Assembly (NCBI RefSeq): GCF_011045215.1
Contig: NZ_CP049201.1
Length of the DNA: 64,000 nucleotides
Origin: Escherichia coli
GTDB lineage: Bacteria > Pseudomonadota > Gammaproteobacteria > Enterobacterales > Enterobacteriaceae
Reading direction: 5' to 3' (one strand)
The translations under genes were made by a program, and so were the position numbers. Shown here one piece after another: positions 1 through 7,472 of the stretch. The first letter of the stretch is position 1, and each line of letters begins with the position of its first letter. Under the pieces are notes generated by a model. The model saw only the letters and a program-made list of their open reading frames with translations, did no database searches and was not told the DNA's origin.

Positions 1-56
1 GCACTGCTGGACACCCAGCCCACATCCTGACGCGCTTCGCTTGTCTGCTGCTTCGC

Positions 57-81
57 CGGGGCATAAAAAATTTATGCCCCG
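57..81. other. Perfect inverted repeat / stem-loop (CGGGGCATAAA-aaa-TTTATGCCCCG)
   Basis: 11-bp arms read directly; no adjacent T-tract, so not a canonical intrinsic terminator. Confidence 0.5.
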
Positions 82-560
82 ACTCTCCAGCTCCTGTATC
101 AATCAGATAATTTCACGACGTCTTCCAGCTTATTGCCATCATCGACGGTCAGGCTCTTACGCAATCCCATCGCGCTGACTGCATGTTCTCGCCGCCTCAG
201 TGCGATTTTGACGGCCTTATCTGCCACCCCATCAAATCAAAAGCCCTCACGTCTTTTTCACGCTCAGCGTGAGAAATACAGCCATTCTGTTGTGTTGCTG
301 CGACATCGTTCAGGGGATGCTATTTATCCCCTGAAACGCGGGCTGTTCCCCCGTCACCTGCGCGCAGAAAAAACGCGTTTTTTTGTGCACGCACGGATCC
401 TTGACGGATCCAGCCGCCACGGGGGCCGGAAGGGCAAAAAGTCGTTCAAAAAAATTGTGCAAATTTGTGCACTATCGTGCAGTGTGCATCGTGCTGTTTT
501 CTGCGCAAAAAACGGATGGTAAATTTGTTCGTAGCAGGGAAATTTTAATGAGCGCAAGAC

Positions 561-1091
561 ATGAAGAAAGATTCATATCCTTATTTGATTTGCATGACTG
601 TTTCAGTGCTAGGGATTATTTTCCTCTTTTACTGGTGGAGGGCAGATATCTACAGGATTACATATCTTAATTCGCGTATATCCAATTATTACATCTTGTG
701 TAGTATGGGTATGTCCTTTTTCTTCTCCTTGTTTCTGGTGAAGAGGGGGGTAGTGAAGCAAAGTGGCTGGAAAGGACTGTCGGAATACCTGAAGGTTTAT
801 GCTGGCTCTTGCATTCTTACAGGGATATTCCTGATTATTCCTCTTATGATGGTGACTTATTTTTTACCAGGAGTAACATCATCATATGTTGCACCGTATG
901 AGTATACATCTGGTAGTTCAAGAAGCTGTTCCGGAGCGTTTGTTGATGATCCCGAACTGCATAAAAATATTCTTATTTGCTATCCGTATGGTAACTATGA
1001 ATATGACAATATTATCTATGTTGAAAAGAAAACTAATGCATTGGGCGTTGTTGTGACGTATGCACAGACTGCACGAGACGATGCTGAATAA
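561..1091 (+). CDS. Hypothetical polytopic membrane protein (about 3 predicted TM helices, soluble C-terminal ~80 aa); AT-rich cargo gene
   Basis: 176-aa ORF with three long hydrophobic segments; strongly AT-rich relative to flanking DNA; no family recognised. Confidence 0.5.
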   Translation: MKKDSYPYLICMTVSVLGIIFLFYWWRADIYRITYLNSRISNYYILCSMGMSFFFSLFLVKRGVVKQSGWKGLSEYLKVYAGSCILTGIFLIIPLMMVTYFLPGVTSSYVAPYEYTSGSSRSCSGAFVDDPELHKNILICYPYGNYEYDNIIYVEKKTNALGVVVTYAQTARDDAE

Positions 1092-1282
1092 GATACTACA
1101 GATATAGTCCACTTTTTTGTTTATTTGTCGGGATAAAAACAAATTACCCCGACTCACCATGTATTAATCTTCCGCTTTAAGTTAGTATTTTAGCTGCGCT
1201 GTCCTGCTATTCAGCAAAGCGGCGTACTTTAATGCGTCCTGTGCTTTCTGGAATTTAAGTGCATAGTCAGTGGCGATTTTTT

Positions 1283-1564
1283 CTAGTTCAGCGATTCGGT
1301 TGTTTTTGGTTTCCAGCCAATCAAGTAGCGCCAATACTTCAGGATCCCGACATCCAACACTGTTACGCGTGATTTTTCATAATGTTCGTCGGCAAGAGTT
1401 CGGCCAATTTTGAAATCTCCATCATCACCATAACCGGAGCAGGCATAAACAACCTGTGCTCCAGATATTCGCTGAATTGACATTTCCTCGCCGCAAATAG
1501 GGCATTTCGGTACTGGCACAGGTGAATAACGTTCACGTAATGCCTGATAGTTGATTTCGCTCAT
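1283..1564 (-). CDS. Small zinc-ribbon protein (CPICG...CSG); probably frameshifted, coding signal continues in another frame to 1185
   Basis: 93-aa ORF with CxxC...C motif; protein-like translation continues in a second frame (DPEVLALLDWLETKNNRIAELEK...) past the stop at 1283. Confidence 0.4.
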   Translation of the reverse strand: MSEINYQALRERYSPVPVPKCPICGEEMSIQRISGAQVVYACSGYGDDGDFKIGRTLADEHYEKSRVTVLDVGILKYWRYLIGWKPKTTESLN

Positions 1565-1627
1565 TAAGTCGTTCTCCTTGTTTATGTTCTGAGGTGGAGA
1601 GCAGGGCGAACTCGCCCTGATGTTGTG

Positions 1628-1939
1628 TTATTCAGGAAATAACGCCCGGATATTTCCGGCCATCTGACTGGTTATCTGTGCGGTTGATACTGGCTGTGAT
1701 GCGGGGCGTTCTGTCCTGGTTTGTGTCACTGATAACGCTTCATCATCAGCCCATGCAGCTAGTCGGTAAGCCTCTGCCGGATTCATTTTCAGAAGTGCCA
1801 GCCCGGCCAGAAAAGCCACACGTTGGCCGCTTTTGCGGGCTTCTGGTGTAAGGCTGTCCAGCCAGGCGCATGCTTCGCCTTCGTTCTTGACGGCGGCGGG
1901 CTTCAGATAGAAACTTATCCGTCTGGTTGGTGTCGTCAT
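1628..1939 (-). CDS. parR: ParR (StbB)-like centromere-binding protein
   Basis: 103 aa from Met at 1939; resembles plasmid R1 ParR (from memory); AAGGAG RBS; starts 4 nt after parM stop. Confidence 0.55.
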   Translation of the reverse strand: MTTPTRRISFYLKPAAVKNEGEACAWLDSLTPEARKSGQRVAFLAGLALLKMNPAEAYRLAAWADDEALSVTQTRTERPASQPVSTAQITSQMAGNIRALFPE

Positions 1940-1943
1940 TGGT

Positions 1944-2903
1944 TTACTCCTTGTCCATTGCGTACAGCCCATTAACCAGAGCAAACTGTGGCACCCCGTC
2001 CGCGATGAAAGTCGCATTAACTCCGCAGGCTTCGCGGATAGCGGGTGCCACAATCTCCGCCCCGCCACCGACAACCATCACCCGCCCGTAACCCGAAAAA
2101 ACCGCCAGCGCGCGGATCACGCGTTGTTTCAGTGTTTCTTCCTTTTCACGAATAACCGCCATCAGGCTGGCGTAATGCGCGTCATTGTGGATGTGTTGGC
2201 GCAACCAGGCTTCATCATGGCGATGTTCGATAATGGTATTGGCGATGTGGTGACTGGTACGCATACCGTTAGCGGCCATCACCGACAGCACGGCACCGGC
2301 CATCAGGGAGACGCCTACGTGTGGATCGCAAAACACCTGGCTGATACCTGCCAGTTGCCCCTGAACCTTTGCCACATCCAGCGTGGTTCCGCCTAAATCC
2401 ACAATCAGCAGGGATTCAAACGGACTCATGTCAGCCAGTGCTTTAAAGCCAGCCGGAATGGATTCAGGCATAACCCGCACGTTACGGATAGTGAATGCTT
2501 CGCCGTTCTGGTACTCCACCGGGCGCATAACGTTCGCTTTTTTGCGGTTGATGTTGGCCATGTCCGGCTGTGCGTTTGTGTCGAAATACTCGCTCAGTGG
2601 CAGGGTGACAACCACATCCACCTCCTGTGGCGTGATGCCTGATTTGACCAGCGTGTGATGAATGGCGATTACATTCACATCGCTGTACTGGTATTGCGTG
2701 TCGGTCGTCTGGACAAAGCGATCGCTGACCGGATCAAAACCATAGCGCACGCCATCAAGCATGTAGTTCGCGGGCTGCATGCCACCGAACGGCGCAGATC
2801 ATTCCGACTTGAAGCTGTTCGGGCTGATGGCGTTGCGGCGTTCGCCATTCTCAGTCCATGCCAGCTTGATGTTGGTGGAGCCGTCGTCGATACAAATTTT
2901 CAT
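1944..2903 (-). pseudogene. parM: ParM (StbA)-like actin-type partition ATPase, interrupted by in-frame TGA at 2799-2801
   Basis: N-terminus MKICIDDGSTNIKLAW...NSFKSE then TGA, then in-frame continuation SAPFGGMQPANYML...; strong similarity to R1 ParM (from memory), where this position is Trp. Confidence 0.75.
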
Positions 2904-2932
2904 GTCGCTTTTCCTTATGTTGATTAATTAAT

Positions 2933-3050
2933 CGTTTACGGGATTCTGAAATCCCGTTTTTGCCTGTTTTGTGTGCGCTTCATATATCGCGGCGCGTTTT
3001 TTGCTCATTTACGGGATTTGTGAATCCCGTTTCTGTCTGTTTTTTGTTTC
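2933..3050. repeat. Two copies (2933-2975, 3006-3050) of a ~45-bp repeat, each with palindrome ACGGGATT-N4-AATCCCGT; candidate parC-like centromere/operator
   Basis: Direct repeat with internal inverted repeat, immediately upstream of the parM start. Confidence 0.6.
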
Positions 3051-4533
3051 CACTGGTCAGGCCACCCCGCAGCAGGTCTGCTTTGCGGCGGGCACGTTCA
3101 GTGGTTTCACTGATTCTCTGTGCGTGCTCTGCGTCGCGGATGGCGCGCAGCATGTCAGAAAGCACGGTAACGGGGGTTTTCATGGTGTTCTGGTCCTGCT
3201 GAAGTGTGGATGCCAGACGTGCGGCGGCTTCGAGGTCTGATGCCCCCAGCTGTTCCAGATAGCTGGCGACCGGGTTATGGCGGATCTCCGTGCTGCTTAC
3301 GCCGTGATTACGGCTCAGGCGCTGCCAGAGCTGCGTGATTCGGCTGTCCGGGCGGGTATCCGGTTTGCGTACAATTTCAAATCCCTGCGGTGCAATGATG
3401 CTGCCGTCAACGTACAGGCTGCCGCCCCGTAACAGGTGCTGCATCTGCTGTTCACCGATATGCATGCCGAGAGATTCGGCAGATTCCCGCCATTCTTTAG
3501 CGAGTAATTCGTGGTTATCAGGCAAAGGCCGCTGCTGTTTGCGGCTCTGTGTCCAGCTCTGCATTTCATCACTGCTGTTTTTTGCCTGTTTGTCACGCAG
3601 CGAACGCATCAGCGCCCGGCGTTCGTGCCGTTTCAGTGAGCGCACCCATTCATCCACATCAACGCCGTCAGGAAGCTGCGGCCACGGTGCTGGCCGTTCT
3701 TCCGGCTGTTCTGTCCCGTTGTTGTCCGTTTCCTGTACACGGGGACAGTTATTGCCACGAGTCCAAGGGGCGGCAGGGCCGCTCTGAAGGTCAAAACCAT
3801 TTTCGCGGGAGCTGTCTTCCGCTTCCGGTTTGCGTCTTACCAGCTTCCAGTTATCCGGATGCGTGCATACGCGGGAAGACTCCCCGATGAGCGGCGACCA
3901 GATCCCGTAAATCTGTACACTCTGCTCACCGTAATCGTTCAGTTCATCTGCGAGGTCGTAGGCGGTGCGAATCAGGTAGTCTTTGCGTGGAACAAGCACG
4001 CCACCCTGTTTTTCAATGTAGGTGGCAAAACACCCGGCATCAGCGGCAGCGAGTACCGCATCCATTGCGTCATCCTTCAGCCGTTGCGGGCCTTCCGGGT
4101 TGCGTGCCATCTGGCTGGCAAGGCGGCGCAGTTCACGCCACACCTGACGGGAGGGGATACCAAAGAACTGGAACTGGCGGACCCGGTGAAGGCGCGCCCA
4201 GCCGATGGCGCGTTCCACGCTCTCGGCCATTGATTTTCCGGTTTCGTGGTCAACGCGTGGCTTGCCCGTTTTCGGGTCGATGCCATCCACGGCGCGGCTG
4301 TCCAGGTTCTTTCCGATGTAGGTGGCGATGTAGCTGGTTGGCGTGCCTTTTGAGCCGTCGACGTACTCCGCCTTAAAACGCGGAGTTATGTCATCGCCCA
4401 GCTCGTGGCGGTCTTCCTGAATGGCAATATCGCAGACGTGGGACACGATGGTTTCAATCTCGTCCGGATGTGCAAAGACCATCATATGCCAGTGCACAGT
4501 GCCGTCATGGTGAGGCTCCAGCGGTGTATTCAC
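2980..4533 (-). pseudogene. HUH-motif rolling-circle replication initiator, P2 gpA-like; apparently 5'-truncated
   Basis: 517-aa ORF begins at GTG right at the motif HHDGTVHWHMMVFAHPDE, preceded by in-frame TGA; upstream 300 bp is coding-like in two other frames. Confidence 0.5.
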
Positions 4534-4686
4534 TCAGCGAGGCACACCCGCCAGCAGTGTGATGCGCCAGCATTGCCGCAAATACGGAGGCCGGGGAGTC
4601 GTAATACGCCAGCAGTGATTCGCCATGCGGTGTCAGGCAGCGCAACGCCAGCCCGTGTGGTGTTAAGTCCACGCGGTAGCAGTCGT

Positions 4687-4836
4687 CTACTGTGAAATAA
4701 AGGGTGAGCGTTGTTCTTTAGCTGCCATTTCATCAATGACGGCTCGCTCTTCGAGGGACAGCCGAAGTGCCAGTCTTGGACCTGTGGCGGTGTTACGCGG
4801 AATGCGTGATCTGGTATCGTGAAGAACTTGTTTCAT
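4687..4836 (-). CDS. Small 49-aa ORF divergent from the XRE gene (possible Cox/excisionase-like or RHH regulator)
   Basis: ATG at 4836 to TAG at 4687; below the 60-aa ORF-track cutoff; position equivalent to cox in a P2-type early region. Confidence 0.3.
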   Translation of the reverse strand: MKQVLHDTRSRIPRNTATGPRLALRLSLEERAVIDEMAAKEQRSPFISQ

Positions 4837-4878
4837 AGTGGTATATTGTGATCATCTAATAGCTCATGAAATCATTTT

Positions 4879-4896
4879 GGTATCAAAAAAGATACC
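4879..4896. promoter_or_regulatory. Palindrome GGTATC-N6-GATACC in the divergent promoter region; candidate operator
   Basis: 6-bp perfect inverted arms with A6 spacer between divergent starts at 4836 and 4912. Confidence 0.35.
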
Positions 4897-4911
4897 TGTC
4901 AAGGTTTTTGT

Positions 4912-5316
4912 ATGAAAAATGATATTGGTCAGCGGTTGCGTGAGGAAAGGGAAAGATTGGGGCTTAGTCAAGTTGCTATGAGCGACATTGGTGGAGTCAA
5001 AAAGCTAACTCAGCTTAGATATGAGAAAGGAGATAGCTTTCCTGATGCTGCGTATTTGGCAGCGCTGTCTCGTTTTGGCCTTGATGTTCAGTATGTTGTG
5101 TTGGGAATTCACTCACCTGAAACTTATAACGATGATGAGCAGGAGTTGATTACTCGCTTTCGAGCAGCTTCGTTAGATGTAAAAAACGCGGTGATCGGGG
5201 CTTTAAAAGGTGCGGGCAGTGAAAAGGAAACTCAGCCATCAGGGCGTGAGTTAAATATTTCTGGTGGTAATAACCGTATCGCTGGTCGTGACTATAACGA
5301 AACTAAGGGTAGGTGA
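4912..5316 (+). CDS. XRE-family helix-turn-helix protein (repressor-like) with C-terminal tail carrying an NNRIAGRDYNE motif
   Basis: N-terminal HTH signature (IGQRLREERERLGLSQVAMSDIGGVKKLTQLRYEKG); low GC. Confidence 0.7.
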   Translation: MKNDIGQRLREERERLGLSQVAMSDIGGVKKLTQLRYEKGDSFPDAAYLAALSRFGLDVQYVVLGIHSPETYNDDEQELITRFRAASLDVKNAVIGALKGAGSEKETQPSGRELNISGGNNRIAGRDYNETKGR

Positions 5317-5331
5317 TAGTAGGGAGGTGAC

Positions 5332-5982
5332 ATGGCCGTCAACTCAAACGGTTCAAACAATCGCGTTGCTGGGCGTGATTTTCACGAAAAGAATATTCAG
5401 ATAGAGCGATATGATGGTTCTCATACCGTCAATATCGCAATCCCTTCGAATAATGATGATGACGCTCGCCCTTTGCTTAAGGCACAGCGTAAGGAGCTAA
5501 ATAGCTTGGTTGCTGCTATTGCAGAAGCTAGCAATACTGAAGCGTTTATTATTTGGCAAAAAGTACATGCGGAGATTGGTGTAGCTGGTATTGATGATAT
5601 GACAATAAATCAATATAAAACAGCGGAGAGTTTTCTGCATGCAATGCTTGAGCGATGTAAAGATCATGATGCCTGTAAGACTCTTGTAAGTTTATTACTA
5701 CGTAACAGTGAAGACTGTGGACTTCGACAAAAACTTCTGCGGTATTGCCATATCAATTTCGGTACAGGACGTTTAAACGATCTTACTCGTTCTCAGTTAC
5801 AGTCTGCATTGTCGTGGTTAGAGCAACAATCGGTATCAAGCCACTCAGAGAATTCGACCTTACCAGAAGTTCGCCTTCGTGCTTCAGAATTAATCCGATT
5901 TTATCCAAAAGAAATAATATTCTTTATCTGCGTAGGGGTTTTGGTAGGCGGAGCCATTTCTAGGATGTTTTTTAATTTGTAA
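5332..5982 (+). CDS. Hypothetical protein, cytoplasmic domain plus single C-terminal transmembrane anchor; N-terminus repeats the NNRVAGRDFHE motif
   Basis: 216 aa; strong RBS AGGGAGGTGA 5 nt upstream; C-terminal hydrophobic segment IIFFICVGVLVGGAI; low GC. Confidence 0.6.
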   Translation: MAVNSNGSNNRVAGRDFHEKNIQIERYDGSHTVNIAIPSNNDDDARPLLKAQRKELNSLVAAIAEASNTEAFIIWQKVHAEIGVAGIDDMTINQYKTAESFLHAMLERCKDHDACKTLVSLLLRNSEDCGLRQKLLRYCHINFGTGRLNDLTRSQLQSALSWLEQQSVSSHSENSTLPEVRLRASELIRFYPKEIIFFICVGVLVGGAISRMFFNL

Positions 5983-6011
5983 TCTTACTTGAGCTAAATT
6001 GAGGCAATGAC

Positions 6012-6359
6012 ATGAAAGTAAAAAAGGTTCAACTATTAGTTGCTTTTTTATCTATGTTTTCTTTTTCCGCCGTCGCAATGCCTTTTAAAACTATTGAACG
6101 TGAGAGTTTCAATGGAGTATGGCCATTTAATACAGATGAGGTTCAATTGCAGTGTCTTGATGGTAATCCTTATGTGATGAATTTTGACGATAATAAGTTA
6201 TATGCGCTTACAGGTTTGGCTCGAATAAAAGGTAAAACATTTGGTGCGTTACCGTTAGATAACAATAATCCATTTTGGCTAGATAATGATGCCGCCCCAG
6301 GGTTAAAAAAGAATCTGGGGGACGTCACTAAGGCTGCATTTGATTTATGTGATAAGTAA
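6012..6359 (+). CDS. Small secreted/periplasmic protein with signal peptide (tentatively DUF2511/YebY-like)
   Basis: 115 aa; N-terminal signal peptide MKVKKVQLLVAFLSMFSFSAVA; family assignment from memory only. Confidence 0.55.
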   Translation: MKVKKVQLLVAFLSMFSFSAVAMPFKTIERESFNGVWPFNTDEVQLQCLDGNPYVMNFDDNKLYALTGLARIKGKTFGALPLDNNNPFWLDNDAAPGLKKNLGDVTKAAFDLCDK

Positions 6360-6364
6360 CAAAA

Positions 6365-7366
6365 ATGTCGGTTCGTAAAACTCCATCAGGTAAATGGCTT
6401 TGCGAATGTTATCCCTACGGAGCATCGGGAAAACGCATTCGTAAACAGTTTGCGACAAAAAGTGAGGCGCTCTCTTATGAGCGCCGTTTAATGAATAGTA
6501 GAGTTGGAGACGAGTTTCAAGATGGTTCTGGTCCTCGTCTTTCTGAGTTGATTGCTCGTTGGTTTGAGATGTACGGAAAAACCTTGTCCTCTGGTGCAGA
6601 GCGCAAAGTCAAACTTGAGGCGATTTGTTCTAGGCTGGGAGATCCATTTGCTTCTCAGTTTGACAAAAATATGTTTGCTACTTATCGGGAAAGAAGGCTA
6701 TCAGGAGAATGGAATCCCAAGGGGAAGAAAAAACTTAGTGAAGCAACCGTTAATCGCGAGCAGTCATATCTACATGCTGTTTTTGCCGAACTGAAGCGCC
6801 TTGGGGAGTGGTCTGGTGAAAACCCCCTGACTGGAATTCGCAAGTTTCGTGAGGAAGAAAAGGAGCTGGCGTTTCTGTATGTAGATGAGATTGAACGCCT
6901 TTTGATTGCGTGTGATGATTCACGGAATAAAGATTTGGGGGTTGTTGTCCGTATTGGGCTTGCGACTGGTGCTCGGTGGAGTGAAGCAGAAGGATTAAAG
7001 CAATCTCAAGTACTGCCCGGTCGAATCACATTTGTTAAAACTAAAGGAAAGAAGAACCGCACTGTACCGATTTCACCTCAATTGCAGGCTATGCTTCCTA
7101 AAAAACGAGGAGCGCTATTTTCACCATGTTATGAGGCTTTTGACGCTGCAATTAAGAGAGCGAAGATAGAGCTCCCTGATGGGCAATTAACTCATGTGCT
7201 ACGTCACACGTTTGCTAGTCATTTTATGATGCGGGGCGGAAATATTCTTGTGTTGCAAAAAATACTGGGGCATAGCGATATAAAAATGACTATGCGTTAT
7301 GCGCATTTTGCTCCGGGTCATTTAGAGGCTGCTGTTGAATTAAACCCTTTTGACAATAGAGGGTAA
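6365..7366 (+). CDS. int: Tyrosine recombinase, P2-type phage integrase
   Basis: 333 aa; motifs LATGARWSEA, ITFVKTKGKKNRTVPIS, HVLRHTFASHFMMRGGNILVLQKILGH, MRYAHF closely match P2 Int (from memory). Confidence 0.9.
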   Translation: MSVRKTPSGKWLCECYPYGASGKRIRKQFATKSEALSYERRLMNSRVGDEFQDGSGPRLSELIARWFEMYGKTLSSGAERKVKLEAICSRLGDPFASQFDKNMFATYRERRLSGEWNPKGKKKLSEATVNREQSYLHAVFAELKRLGEWSGENPLTGIRKFREEEKELAFLYVDEIERLLIACDDSRNKDLGVVVRIGLATGARWSEAEGLKQSQVLPGRITFVKTKGKKNRTVPISPQLQAMLPKKRGALFSPCYEAFDAAIKRAKIELPDGQLTHVLRHTFASHFMMRGGNILVLQKILGHSDIKMTMRYAHFAPGHLEAAVELNPFDNRG

Positions 7367-7472
7367 AAAGTGGCGATAAAAAGTGACAATAGATTCAAAT
7401 GGCGTCGTATAGAGCTATTTGCAAAGTTAATAAAATCATAAGGTTATGATTTATAAATGGTGGTTGATAGTT

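Noticed and set aside
133-670. ORFs of 129, 67 and 95 aa predicted in the first 670 bp
   Set aside because: They overlap one another and the palindrome/repeat-rich non-coding stretch, have no convincing RBS, and translate to low-complexity Arg/Ser/Cys-rich sequence.
2799-2801. TGA in parM as selenocysteine or programmed read-through
   Set aside because: No downstream SECIS-like hairpin is evident, and the codon aligns with a conserved Trp, so a simple TGG to TGA nonsense mutation is the simplest explanation.
3315-4376. Several 90-150-aa ORFs on both strands overlapping the gpA-like gene
   Set aside because: Shadow ORFs inside a GC-rich coding region; their translations are Arg/Ser/Cys/Pro-rich and not protein-like.
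4530-4736. 68-aa ORF upstream of the gpA-like gene
   Set aside because: Overlaps two other frames that look more protein-like; most likely a by-product of the degraded cox-B-A region.
6552-6794. 80-aa ORF inside the integrase gene
   Set aside because: Alternative-frame ORF fully within a well-supported integrase coding sequence.
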